Assembly: GCA_039679675.1 (NCBI GenBank)
Contig: JBDKUN010000009.1
Coordinates: 1 to 64,000 of the forward strand
Length of the DNA: 64,000 nucleotides
Reading direction: 5' to 3'
Source of the DNA: Armatimonadota bacterium
GTDB lineage: Bacteria; Armatimonadota; UBA5829; DTLH01
The position numbers and the translations under genes are program-made. Below, piece after piece: positions 32,040 through 42,709 of this stretch (the first letter of the stretch is position 1; each line of letters opens with the position of its first letter). The notes under the pieces are model-generated. The model made no database searches, was not told the origin of the DNA, and was given only the letters and a program-made list of their open reading frames with translations.

Positions 32040-32777
32040 TTATTTGTGGGGCTTCTTTTTGATGGTCAGCATATTGGTCATCGGCAGAAGCGGTCTGGAG
32101 AGGAATTTGCCGTCTTTGTAGAGAGCGCAGGCTCCTCCTCCATCCAGGTTCATGGCTTCCACTGCTCCCAACTCCAGCATAATGTCGGCAAACTGCTTCA
32201 ATGTTATCGATTTTTCAGCTACCACCAGCAGCAGTTTGTTATCAGCGGTCTTTCCGACACCCGCGCGCCACGCTGTGACAGTAAGGCTACTTTTTGTGAA
32301 CCCGTCGGCGACAGGATCGAGCGCAATCTTGCCTTCATGCACGAGTCTTGGCCCTGCGGCAAGGCCCGCACTGTAGCCGGACCATTTAAACCGCGATTTT
32401 CCCTTGTGAATGAACTCCACCCTACCGCTTTTTGTAACCGCTATCGCATTCCGCTGGCATCCACGGTTGACCAGCTTGCCGCCGATGACTATATCGCCAA
32501 GCGGCTTCATCCGCTTATCGTAATAAGTCCCGTTGATGGCAGCGAGTGGGCGCATCCGCTTTATTGCTGAGTCGAATGATTCCTGTCCGTTTGCCGCAAG
32601 CGCGGGTCTGATCTCGATTTTGCCGTTAAGATCGAACTTGACGATCTTTATGCGGCTGTCATGGGCCGGGCCGGACTTACCAGCATACGTGACAACGACT
32701 GCCGCTGCTGCAACGAGCAGCAAAAGCACAAATTTGACCGAGCCGGTATTGGATCGATGATTGGTTCGTAAGATCAA
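32040..32777 (-). CDS. Phosphodiester glycosidase (NAGPA/DUF2233) family protein
   Basis: AAINGTYY, AGPRLV, RAGVG, AMNLDGGG; start placed at TTG after GGGAGG (uncertain). Confidence 0.85.
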   Translation of the reverse strand: MILRTNHRSNTGSVKFVLLLLVAAAAVVVTYAGKSGPAHDSRIKIVKFDLNGKIEIRPALAANGQESFDSAIKRMRPLAAINGTYYDKRMKPLGDIVIGGKLVNRGCQRNAIAVTKSGRVEFIHKGKSRFKWSGYSAGLAAGPRLVHEGKIALDPVADGFTKSSLTVTAWRAGVGKTADNKLLLVVAEKSITLKQFADIMLELGAVEAMNLDGGGACALYKDGKFLSRPLLPMTNMLTIKKKPHK

Positions 32778-33288
32778 GAAATCCCTCCCGCGGAAACAAT
32801 GCCACTGAAAGTTTAGCATTCTGCCGAAGCTGAGTAAAGAGAGCAGAAAAGTACATTTGGGGTAATCGTCGAGGAAGCAGGCGCATAAATATTTAATAAT
32901 ATCTAATAATAGCTTGACAATCAACCACTGTAATGGTATAAATTCACTAGTTGACAATGTTGTAAATATAGTGTATGCACATGGCCGCGCATTAATATAA
33001 ACGCACGGCCATATTTTTTTGGAACTATAGATTTTCGGCTGTTTTCTTAACAGTAATCGGATATCAACTATAGCCTAAACTCTGTAGATTGGTCTCTTTG
33101 GGCAATTGATAAGCATTAACGAGAAAGTAAATACAAGTATTCCGCAAGACGTAGTGGCCGGACGGAATTAAATACCTGAGGCTGACCGTAACCTGAACCT
33201 CTCATGAAGAGGAAAGGAAGAGGCTGCCTCAGGTATGAATATTGAAGCTGCAGATTGATACCAGAAAGAAGATACGAAAGGAGATATA

Positions 33289-36200
33289 ATGCGTAGAAAC
33301 CCACGTACCATATCAGCGTACAAGCTTACGCTGATCGCATCGATGATGATCCTGGTCCTCTGTGCAGGGGTTTCATTTGCACAGACAGAGTGGACACAGT
33401 GGCATTACTATGTCGATGTCAATGTCAACACCGGACCATATGCTAGAACAGCTACTCCGGTGGAACTTCAGATCAACTTCACCAATTACCTGAATGGTGC
33501 AACTCTGGACACAAACTCAGTAAGAGTAGCAGAGTTTGCAGACAGTGGTAGAAATGGCACACCGCTAGAGGTAGTTAGCCAGTTTGACCAGGGCTCCGGG
33601 TTTAATGCAGTCACAAATGCATCTGGAGAGGTAGTTTGGATCTTAAGGGGTAATAATACTGATCCTAATGCTCTCGGAGCAGTCGTCGATCCAACCCCTG
33701 CGAATACGACCAGATACTACAGGGTCTATTTCGACGATACCAATAACGGAAAGTCAGCTCCGAATTATACCACCGATTTTGCCAATGCTACACTTGAGGT
33801 ATCTCCTGCTGCTGATTGGACTACAGCTACAACTGGATCGACTCCGCATATACAGTCGATAGGCAACTATGAGGTCTGGTTTAGATCCAGCAATGGAAGT
33901 ATGTGGCAGATGGACAACAGACGTGTCACCCCGAGCGACCTGAAGTTGGTCAGTGGCTCTTCCACAGGAGGTATATATACTGCAGGAACATACTATGGTT
34001 CAAGTGATAATGGAGGTGAGGCTGATTCATACTATGGATCAAAGAACTATTTTACAAGGTCTGCGAACACAGCAGTTCGCTGCACAGTCGTTGTAAACAG
34101 GACAGCCACAGCAAGTGTCGCCAGCCTGAATCATAACATAACCATAGAACGTAAGTTTTATGCAGGAGTTCCCTATTTCAAAAATCACGTGACTATTGCC
34201 AGGAACTCAGGCGGCAATGGCTTTTTCAATTATGCAATGTTCCGCACTACCTGGAGCACTACAGCCCCGTCAAGAACATTAGTAGCGCTGGACCCTGTAG
34301 CTGACCCTGTTACAGGAGGCGATTTGCCTTACAGCGCGTACTTCGACTGGAGCGATGATAGAGCAGGATTCGCCGTACTCGGATCTGCCAGCTTTATGCC
34401 GAACTCTACTAACGATCTTGCTAGCGGAACGAATGGCTATCGTGGATATTATGCTACCACTAGCCTCAACCGTTACTGGAGATTCATGCAGAGTCCGTAC
34501 TACCCTATAGTTATGGATAGTGCCATAGCGATTCACACTGGAAAGACTGTGGAAACTGCCAGAGAGAGCACCCTGGAATCCCTTGAGGATTACGGCTGTC
34601 CGGTTGGTATATCGATAGTGGGAAGTAATACTGCTGCTGTAGCCTACGGCTCTATCAAAGGCAAAATAACTGATGCCCTTGATAATACCAAGCCAGTCAG
34701 AGGCGCTATGGTAAAAGTATGGGTGGACGATGTATTCTTTACCAAGACCTATACTTCTATGCTTGGTGATTTTACACTTTCCGACGTGCCTGCAGGAGCT
34801 GTGAAAGTCAGCGTCAAGTGCGATGAGTATGAGAACAAGGCAGAGACTATCGGAACACTCACTGCAGGGAGTGTTATGGATGCTAATATCTCTCTGCAGC
34901 CTATTATCGTAGCTGGTGCTGCAGTGCCTAATTGGCGGTGGCTTACTTCGAGTGGCATTAATGGCGGAACTCAGGTTTGGAAGCTTGCTACAGATTCAGC
35001 AGTAGCTGGAGTTGGATTCGACAATGATGTTGCGACATTCTCCGATCCGAACTACAATGACTCTGGACTTTCGACTGTAGACGTTCCTCGGGTGGATTCT
35101 CCTGCAGATAAGGTTACTACTTTAGATTGGGATGATCTTCAGACCAACCCTACAGACAATTGCTACGGCTGGTATCGCACAACAATCAATATCCCTCAAG
35201 AATGGGCTGGAAAGAACCTGAGGCTCAGGAACTTCTACATCGACGATGTGGCAGCATTTTATTTCGACGGTCATTACATCGGCCAAACGGGATCATTCCC
35301 GAATGCATCCGATCCGCGTAATACGGCAGCAGCAAACGGATATGTCGGACACGCAAATTTCCCCAATGACTTTATCATTCCGGGAGATTGGTTAAAAGAG
35401 TCCGGAGATAAAGTGCTTGCAATCAAGGTATTTGATGCTACTGGTAACGGCGGAATAACTGGAACTGCTCCGCTTCTTGAGGTCGCGCCTTCCATGGCCA
35501 CAGTGACAGTGAATGTCACAGGACCTCACAACTACGGTGAAACTCCACTTCCCATAGAGGGAGCAACAGTTCAGGTTGTCGGCTTTACATCCGGCACGAC
35601 TGATGCAGATGGTAATTGCACGTTCAACACACTTCCTGGCGACAGCTATACCATAACAGTCACCCATCCCAACCATGGGACAAAGACAATTACAAACGTC
35701 GAAATCCCGGATGCCGGATCAATTACTATTCCGGTTACATATGATGCTATATACCCGGTCGTGACGGTGAATGTCACAGGGTCTCAGACCTACAACGGGC
35801 CCAAGCTTCCTGTCGAGGGAGCGAAGGTATCGTTCGGCGGATCATCGGGTACGACGGATGCAGATGGTAACTGCACATATGACAAGACGATTGCCCCCGG
35901 CTTCTACACCGTAACAGTCAACCATCCCAACTATGGGACAAAGACTCTTACGAATGTCGAAGTCCCGGCAACCCCATCAGTCACTATTCCTGTTGTGTAT
36001 GATAATGTCCTCTGCAAGGTGACAGGCACAGTCACGAAGAATGGCTTGCCGCTTGCCAGCGCTCGTGTAGTGGTTGCTAATGGCAGCAGCTCCTTTACAG
36101 GTATTACGAACTCCAGCGGCGCATATACCATTACAGGCGTCATAGCTGGAGACTACAAGCTCACTGTTAACGCATTGAAGGCTATGCCGGTAATAGATAA

Positions 36201-38073
36201 ACCGGTTCAGGTATATGCAATGCAGGTAGCGGTGGATAATGTAGACCTGCAATATGGAGTCACTCCTATATATGATGACTTCTCGGGAGCCGCTCTCGAT
36301 GAGAGCAAGTGGGGATTCTACAATACATCGGAGCAGGGGTTAGGCAATTCTACAGCTACACTGGTCGATGGTGTACTCAATCTCTATCCTATACCAGGAC
36401 GAGGCGGTATCTTAAGTAAGACAGTTGTCCCCAAATATGGGACGTCTGAAGTATTATTCACTCGAGCAGCCACTGGGACAAACCAGGGGTTTGCCATCAT
36501 AGACCCGACCTATACAGGCGGAGACATATATAACCATGGCGTCTGCTTTGAGCAGGAAGGCTACTTCATAAAGGTCTTCCTTTGCGGCGCTTGCAATTGG
36601 CAGGTTTCGAATAGCACTTATCCTGTAAGAGTGTCTATCCTTAGAACAGGCGACTACTACGATGCCTATGTGAACGGCGGATGGTCCGGATACTTGGGCA
36701 AAATGTCTGTAGACTCGGCCACAGGTAAGGCATATCTTGCAGATAATGCACAGATCTACCTTAACGGATACAGGTTAGCCATGACTAACACAACGATCGG
36801 CTATTTTGATGAGGTGAAAGCAGGCGAAACAATACCTGTAACACCATCAACAGTTGCCGGAGCAAGAACCGCAGCAGGTGGTTCGATGCTTAGCGTCTCA
36901 GGCGCAGTTGTAACAGCAAGCTATGACAACTACTTCTTTATAGAGAACACAGACCGCTCTGCAGGTATAAAGGTTATCTCAACAGCCAAGCCTGCAGTAG
37001 GCAAGGTTGTGTCCATAGCAGGAAGCATAGTTAAAGCTGACAATGAAGTAGCCATCAAGCCGATCGATGCTACATACTCTGATGATCCTAATAAAGCAGT
37101 TCCCCCACCTGTAGCAATAACAGGCAAGGTAGCAGGAGAGCTCGACAAGGCCGGAGCTGCTGCACAGGGAATGATTGTCAAGGTTGCAGGGACCGTAACC
37201 GGTCTCCACACCAACACTGACAACAATGTAGACGGTTACTTCCTCGATGACGGAAGCGGAATCGTTGGAGACGGGACCCACAAGGGAATCTTCGTTGAGA
37301 TGGATCCTACATGGGGAACAAACAGCAGCGTAATAGGCAAGTTCAAGACAATAGTGAGCCCGCTTACAGTAAAGAAGATAAGTGATACTGTTGTCCTTCC
37401 TGCAGTGAAGGGTGAGCTGGAAGCAATCCCGACATTCACTGCATATAACGACTGCTGCTGGTCAGATGGCCAGACAAGCGGCAACATTACTACTTATGGA
37501 ACAGGTACAGGCTCTACAGGAGCCTCAACCGGATTCCTTAAAGACTATGTAACAGGAGTTTCATTCCCTGTTACAGCGACATTCACACCGTCCGGTGATG
37601 TATCTTGTGTAACTGCCGGAGGAGCTAACTGTATAGACGGCTCAGATGCAGCCAATGTCTTTGGCGGCAAGGTAGACTTCACCGGATACATCAACTGCAA
37701 TACGGCTGCTGCATATGTAGAACTTACCTTCAGCGGGCTCGACCCCAATGGAAGCTATGAGTTTACAACTACAGCAAATGCAGGTGGCAGCTTAATGACA
37801 CCTATGAGATATACCATCTCAGGAGCCCTGAGCTTTACCAACGCAAGCTCCAGCGACGCCATAATAAGCACAGATGGTACATACACAGAGTTCGATACGG
37901 GCAGCAACACTGGTTATTCCATGGGTTCGGTCTATGGCGGCTATATAGCCAAATGGACCGGCATCAAGCCATCTGCAGCAGGCACGTTCACCATAAAGGC
38001 GAGCCTGGGGGATAACAACTCAAATCTGTCCGGAGCAGTATTCAGTGGCTTCATGCTGAAGAAAGCTCAATAA
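33289..38073 (+). CDS. Large secreted multidomain protein (carboxypeptidase-regulatory-like repeats, GH2-type sugar-binding domain, C-terminal OB-like modules)
   Basis: Signal peptide SFA-Q; YGWYRTTINIP...IDDVAAFYFDG; tandem TTDADGNC..YT.TV.HPN.G modules; FFIENTDRSAGIKV. Confidence 0.8.
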   Translation: MRRNPRTISAYKLTLIASMMILVLCAGVSFAQTEWTQWHYYVDVNVNTGPYARTATPVELQINFTNYLNGATLDTNSVRVAEFADSGRNGTPLEVVSQFDQGSGFNAVTNASGEVVWILRGNNTDPNALGAVVDPTPANTTRYYRVYFDDTNNGKSAPNYTTDFANATLEVSPAADWTTATTGSTPHIQSIGNYEVWFRSSNGSMWQMDNRRVTPSDLKLVSGSSTGGIYTAGTYYGSSDNGGEADSYYGSKNYFTRSANTAVRCTVVVNRTATASVASLNHNITIERKFYAGVPYFKNHVTIARNSGGNGFFNYAMFRTTWSTTAPSRTLVALDPVADPVTGGDLPYSAYFDWSDDRAGFAVLGSASFMPNSTNDLASGTNGYRGYYATTSLNRYWRFMQSPYYPIVMDSAIAIHTGKTVETARESTLESLEDYGCPVGISIVGSNTAAVAYGSIKGKITDALDNTKPVRGAMVKVWVDDVFFTKTYTSMLGDFTLSDVPAGAVKVSVKCDEYENKAETIGTLTAGSVMDANISLQPIIVAGAAVPNWRWLTSSGINGGTQVWKLATDSAVAGVGFDNDVATFSDPNYNDSGLSTVDVPRVDSPADKVTTLDWDDLQTNPTDNCYGWYRTTINIPQEWAGKNLRLRNFYIDDVAAFYFDGHYIGQTGSFPNASDPRNTAAANGYVGHANFPNDFIIPGDWLKESGDKVLAIKVFDATGNGGITGTAPLLEVAPSMATVTVNVTGPHNYGETPLPIEGATVQVVGFTSGTTDADGNCTFNTLPGDSYTITVTHPNHGTKTITNVEIPDAGSITIPVTYDAIYPVVTVNVTGSQTYNGPKLPVEGAKVSFGGSSGTTDADGNCTYDKTIAPGFYTVTVNHPNYGTKTLTNVEVPATPSVTIPVVYDNVLCKVTGTVTKNGLPLASARVVVANGSSSFTGITNSSGAYTITGVIAGDYKLTVNALKAMPVIDKPVQVYAMQVAVDNVDLQYGVTPIYDDFSGAALDESKWGFYNTSEQGLGNSTATLVDGVLNLYPIPGRGGILSKTVVPKYGTSEVLFTRAATGTNQGFAIIDPTYTGGDIYNHGVCFEQEGYFIKVFLCGACNWQVSNSTYPVRVSILRTGDYYDAYVNGGWSGYLGKMSVDSATGKAYLADNAQIYLNGYRLAMTNTTIGYFDEVKAGETIPVTPSTVAGARTAAGGSMLSVSGAVVTASYDNYFFIENTDRSAGIKVISTAKPAVGKVVSIAGSIVKADNEVAIKPIDATYSDDPNKAVPPPVAITGKVAGELDKAGAAAQGMIVKVAGTVTGLHTNTDNNVDGYFLDDGSGIVGDGTHKGIFVEMDPTWGTNSSVIGKFKTIVSPLTVKKISDTVVLPAVKGELEAIPTFTAYNDCCWSDGQTSGNITTYGTGTGSTGASTGFLKDYVTGVSFPVTATFTPSGDVSCVTAGGANCIDGSDAANVFGGKVDFTGYINCNTAAAYVELTFSGLDPNGSYEFTTTANAGGSLMTPMRYTISGALSFTNASSSDAIISTDGTYTEFDTGSNTGYSMGSVYGGYIAKWTGIKPSAAGTFTIKASLGDNNSNLSGAVFSGFMLKKAQ

Positions 38074-38117
38074 CTACATTAAATGATGCCCTAACAAAGC
38101 ATCTATCTGTCTAAAAC

Positions 38118-38150
38118 GAGCCGCCTGAGGAGACTTGGGCGGCTCTTCTG
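38118..38150 (+). terminator. Intrinsic terminator
   Basis: GAGCCGCCTGAG-GAGA-CTTGGGCGGCTC then TTCT. Confidence 0.65.
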
Positions 38151-38281
38151 CATGTGCATTATCAATTGACATATTTCCTTTACCAATGCTACGATAATCT
38201 AGAAATCAGGCGCTAAATTGCACAAGAACAGGCTCTGCCGTCGATTGGCGGAGCTTGTTTTGGATCAGGACGGGGGAAGCC

Positions 38282-39514
38282 GTGAAAGAGCTGTCTATAG
38301 AAGAGCAACTGGAGATAATCAAGCGGGGTACTGCGGATATAGTCCCCGAAGAAGAGCTTGTAGAGAAGTTAAAGAAGTCAAAAGCGGAAAAACGGCCGCT
38401 CAGGGTCAAGCTGGGGATCGATCCGACTGCGCCGGATGTCCATCTGGGGTTTGCAGTTGTCCTCAGAAAGATGCGGCAGTTCCAGGACCTAGGCCATCAG
38501 GTAATATTGATAGTCGGCGACTTCACAGCAAGCATCGGTGACCCGTCCGGCAAGTCCGAGACCAGGCCGATGTTAAGCGCAGAGCAGATCAAGGCTAATG
38601 CGGAGACATTTACATCCCAGTTCTGGAAAATTCTCGACCGCGAAAAGACCACCCTCACATTTAACGGCGATTGGCTCAGGAAAATGACCTTCAGTGATGT
38701 CGTAAGAGAGACATCCAGAGTCACGGTCGCCCGGATACTCGAACGCGACGACTTTCAGAAGCGTTTTACCGAAGAACGGCCGATAGGGCTTCACGAACTG
38801 CTCTACCCGATTGCCCAGGCACTCGATTCCGTTGAAATTAAGTCCGACATAGAGATGGGCGGGACTGACCAGCGGTTCAACATCCTGATGGGCCGCGACC
38901 TCCAGGAAGCGCACGGGCAGGAAGCCCAGGTGGGGCTATTCATGCCGCTTCTGCCGGGGCTGGACGGCGTTCAGAAGATGTCCAAGTCGCTCGGAAACTA
39001 CATCGGTATCACCGAAAATCCCAAGGATATGTTCGGTAAAGCTATGTCGATACCTGACAATATCATGCCGATGTATTTCGAACTTGCAACGGACGTCCCT
39101 ATGGATGAAGTCCGTAAGATGGAAGAGGACATCAAGAACGGCACATTACACCCGATGGAAGCCAAAAAGCGTCTGGCTTACGAAATAACGAAGATTTACC
39201 ACTCAGCAGAAGAAGCGCAGGCGGCAAAAGAGGAGTTCGAGCGGGTGTTCAGCCAGCATGAGCTGCCTTCGGACATCCCGGAAGTTGAGATCCCCAAGTC
39301 CTCAATGACTGAAGAGGGTATTTGGGCCCCGACTCTTCTTGTGACCGCCAAAATGGCAAGCTCGAACAGTGAAGCAAGGCGGCTCATACAGCAGGGTGCG
39401 GTCACATTGGACGGCGAGCGTATCACGAACCCAACCGGCAGTGTTCAGATAAAGGACGGCCAGATTTTGAAAGCCGGAAAGCTCAGGTTTGGCAAGCTGA
39501 AGATCGTGGTATAG
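38282..39514 (+). CDS. tyrS: Tyrosine-tRNA ligase
   Basis: KLGIDPTAPD, GGTDQRFN, KMSKS, C-terminal S4 domain. Confidence 0.97.
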   Translation: MKELSIEEQLEIIKRGTADIVPEEELVEKLKKSKAEKRPLRVKLGIDPTAPDVHLGFAVVLRKMRQFQDLGHQVILIVGDFTASIGDPSGKSETRPMLSAEQIKANAETFTSQFWKILDREKTTLTFNGDWLRKMTFSDVVRETSRVTVARILERDDFQKRFTEERPIGLHELLYPIAQALDSVEIKSDIEMGGTDQRFNILMGRDLQEAHGQEAQVGLFMPLLPGLDGVQKMSKSLGNYIGITENPKDMFGKAMSIPDNIMPMYFELATDVPMDEVRKMEEDIKNGTLHPMEAKKRLAYEITKIYHSAEEAQAAKEEFERVFSQHELPSDIPEVEIPKSSMTEEGIWAPTLLVTAKMASSNSEARRLIQQGAVTLDGERITNPTGSVQIKDGQILKAGKLRFGKLKIVV

Positions 39515-39551
39515 ATGAGATAGATAAGTACTACACTTGAAGGGGGAAAAG

Positions 39552-40073
39552 ATGCTCAGTTTCAGCGCAAAGGACATAATGGAACGTGATGTCATCACCA
39601 TACGCAAAGGAGCATCCATAGAAGAAGCCCTCCGCCTGATGGCGGAGAACAATATAAGCGGTCTGCCCGTTGTGGACACTGAAGGCAAGATCGAGGGGAT
39701 AATTACCGAGACGGATGTGCTTCTGAAAGGCCAGGGGAGCACGTCCGCACCAAGAATGGCGCTTTACGGGCTTTGGGTGATGCCGGACGAGCTGGTAGAG
39801 GAGATATACCGCAGGTCGCGCGGCAAGCTGGTAGAGGATGCAATGACCCCGAAGGTGATTACTTTCACGGAAGAGTCTGCCGTAACGGATATAGCGCGTG
39901 TGATGATCGAGCATGACATCAACAGGGTCCCGATAGTGCGGGACGGCAAGATTGTCGGAATCGTAAGCCGGAGCGACATAGTCCGCGCAATGTCGAGGCT
40001 GATAAACGGCCCCATGCCGGAGTCATGCGACTCTAATGACGATGGAAAACGGAAAGTCATCGAGCTGACGTAG
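39552..40073 (+). CDS. CBS-domain pair protein
   Basis: ISGLPVVD..GIITETD and INRVPIV..GIVSRSD. Confidence 0.92.
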   Translation: MLSFSAKDIMERDVITIRKGASIEEALRLMAENNISGLPVVDTEGKIEGIITETDVLLKGQGSTSAPRMALYGLWVMPDELVEEIYRRSRGKLVEDAMTPKVITFTEESAVTDIARVMIEHDINRVPIVRDGKIVGIVSRSDIVRAMSRLINGPMPESCDSNDDGKRKVIELT

Positions 40074-40137
40074 GGAATATTTCCCAAACGAGATCGTTTA
40101 AGGCTCCGGTGCAGGTATCATGTGCCGGAGCTTTTGA

Positions 40138-41145
40138 TTATTTAGGAACACCGATAAAAACACTGCTCCCTGCTGCTGCAAATACTCTCCCCTTTGAGTC
40201 AATGGAAATGCTGTCGATGTTCGGCCTGTAAAATCCGCATATTGTGGTGTTGAGTTTCTTCCAGCTTTTACCTTTATCTGTGGAGATATAAGCTCCGTCA
40301 CTGGTTCCAATGATGATATGTCCATTCGGAGCGGCAGTTACTGTATTGCATCTGATTTTCTCCCCAATGATGTTGGAACCGAGATCAATTCTGTCACAAT
40401 TCCCTTGCCCATCGCTCGTGTATAGTGAACTGTAATCACTAATATAAAGCTGATTATCATCCACCGCGAATATAGCTATAATATCATAATCGGCTTTCAG
40501 TTTCAGATTTATCCAATGTTTGCCGCCATCATCAGACTTAAATATCGAGCCATAAGCAACGGCAAAGATGTGCCCCTCAGGAGTAATACATAGTGCATTA
40601 ATGTGAGGATCATATATTATATTTTGTCCAATCCCGATTTTCTTCCAGCTATTACCGCCGTCATCTGAACGATATACTGCGTTTTTGTCTCCACCAGCGT
40701 ATATTCGTCCTTCGGAGTCAAGCGCGAATGCATCTATGATGTATGACCACATGCCTTTTGTGCACCTAGTCCAGGTAGCTCCTTTGTCGGTCGATCTATA
40801 TAGCCCGCTACTTGTCCCTGCAAATACGCGGTTATTGCGGTCTACAATGAGCGCTGTGACGAGATCGGCATCAGGCTTGGAGTCCAGCTGAACCCAGTTT
40901 TCACCTCTGTCCGTGCTCCTGTATGTGTATCCACCGTGTTCTTCGACAGCATAGGCATCCACCCCTGATGGGCTGACAGCTACCAACCGTTTGCCATTGG
41001 AACCGATATTGCGGAGAGACACACGAGACCATACATAGAAGTCATCTGATGCAAGGCGTTTCAAGCCAGCCCTTGCAGAGACAAAGAGTATTATGGACAG
41101 CGCCGCTATGAGCGCAATTGCGATGATAATTGTTTTCTTTTTCAT
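40138..41145 (-). CDS. Exported BNR/Asp-box beta-propeller protein
   Basis: Repeated YRSTDxGxxW / SDDGGxxW Asp boxes; N-terminal signal/TM. Confidence 0.85.
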   Translation of the reverse strand: MKKKTIIIAIALIAALSIILFVSARAGLKRLASDDFYVWSRVSLRNIGSNGKRLVAVSPSGVDAYAVEEHGGYTYRSTDRGENWVQLDSKPDADLVTALIVDRNNRVFAGTSSGLYRSTDKGATWTRCTKGMWSYIIDAFALDSEGRIYAGGDKNAVYRSDDGGNSWKKIGIGQNIIYDPHINALCITPEGHIFAVAYGSIFKSDDGGKHWINLKLKADYDIIAIFAVDDNQLYISDYSSLYTSDGQGNCDRIDLGSNIIGEKIRCNTVTAAPNGHIIIGTSDGAYISTDKGKSWKKLNTTICGFYRPNIDSISIDSKGRVFAAAGSSVFIGVPK

Positions 41146-41296
41146 ACTGATCCTTTGAAGGACAGATTTGGATGCGCTGCTTTTGGCCGTCTTGAAACAA
41201 AAAGCCCGTCGAACTACCTATCCTGCCAAAGCAGCCCAAGTACTACGACGGGCTTAATTTTCATTAGAAATATATCACATTATGCCAGGTTGTCAA

Positions 41297-42496
41297 CTAA
41301 TCTGATGGGTCGAACACCTTGTTCAGCGCGAGGAAACCAGCGCCGAGGACGGCTGCATCTTCATTTAGTACACTTGGCTCCAGTTTTATCTGCCCCGGCC
41401 AGTATTCATACTTCGCCACAGCTTCATGGAGTGAGTTCCAGAAGACATCGCCGGATTTCGAGACGCCTCCACTAATTGCAAAGAAGGTAATTCCGAACAG
41501 GTTCGTTATATTGACTATTGCGAGTCCAAGATAGTTGGTTGCACAGGCAAATATATCGAGTGCAAGCTTATCACCTTTCTTTGCTGCTTCCGCCACATCC
41601 TTAGCCGTTATGTTCGCGGTAGAAAGTTCAGTAAGCAGGCTCTTTGTACCGGACTCTATGGCTCTCCTTGCGGCTGCGGCTATACCTTGTCCTGACGCTA
41701 TCGATTCCAGATACGACCTGCCCCCGAATCTGTCCGGGTCGCCTTCCGGCCCGACTATCATCATACCGAACTGGGATATGGCCGCAAGCGGATAAAGCTC
41801 CCGGTTTATGACAAAGCTGCCGCCCACGCCGACTCCGATGGCTATGTAGGCAAAACTGTCGTTCGTTCTCCCATGCCCAAGTTTGGCCTCGGCAAGTGTT
41901 GATGAGATTATGTTGTCATAAACTGTAGCCGGGATATTGCACACCTGCCGCGCTATTCTAGCTATTGGGAAGTTGTTCAGATCAAGGTTGAAACTGAGCT
42001 TGACGATACCGAGGTTCGAGTCGACCATTCCGGTGCAGCTGATGCCCATCGCGAGCGGTTTGCCACGCTTAGGTTCACATTCCTTTAGGAGCCGGTTCAT
42101 CGTAGATACAATGGCCTGCGCGACTGGCTCCTCTCCACGAACATTATCCAGCGACTGCTCAACTGACTCATGTAGGTTTCCGGCGAGGTCCATAGCTGCA
42201 GCTTTTATGTGGCTCCCGCCGATCTCCAGCGCAAGAACCCAACATCCGCCTGGCTCTATGTCCAGAAGCACGGTCCTTCGCTTGGCATTCCCGGTCTTCA
42301 CGAAGCCGGCCTCCGTCAGGATAGACTCACTCATCAGCTCATCTACAATTCGGCAAACCGTAGGAAATGATAGCTTGGTCAGCTCGGAGATTTCTTTCCG
42401 GCTCATCCGGCCATGAGTTCTCAACGCAGACAGAACCGTCCTGCTATTCTCTTTTTTTAGGACCAGATAATTGAAATTCTTTTTAGCTGTTCGCAT
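41297..42496 (-). CDS. ROK-family transcriptional regulator
   Basis: N-terminal HTH (SRKEISELTKLSFPTV), EIGGS, GVGVGG, LESIASG, AAVLGAG. Confidence 0.92.
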   Translation of the reverse strand: MRTAKKNFNYLVLKKENSRTVLSALRTHGRMSRKEISELTKLSFPTVCRIVDELMSESILTEAGFVKTGNAKRRTVLLDIEPGGCWVLALEIGGSHIKAAAMDLAGNLHESVEQSLDNVRGEEPVAQAIVSTMNRLLKECEPKRGKPLAMGISCTGMVDSNLGIVKLSFNLDLNNFPIARIARQVCNIPATVYDNIISSTLAEAKLGHGRTNDSFAYIAIGVGVGGSFVINRELYPLAAISQFGMMIVGPEGDPDRFGGRSYLESIASGQGIAAAARRAIESGTKSLLTELSTANITAKDVAEAAKKGDKLALDIFACATNYLGLAIVNITNLFGITFFAISGGVSKSGDVFWNSLHEAVAKYEYWPGQIKLEPSVLNEDAAVLGAGFLALNKVFDPSD

Positions 42497-42709
42497 TCTG
42501 CAATCTCTTCAGAAATGTTAGAACATTTTAATTATAAACTGCTGGGATGTCAAAAAGTATCAGTGTGAAACTTATTCTTTAGCTGATAGCTGACTACTGA
42601 CAGCTAAAGATTAATTCTCACTGTGAATATTAATCTTGACAAGCAAACTGGCGCATGATACAACACTCTTGGTTAAGCTTTAAAATGAGCGTATCAGGAG
42701 GAATTAGTA

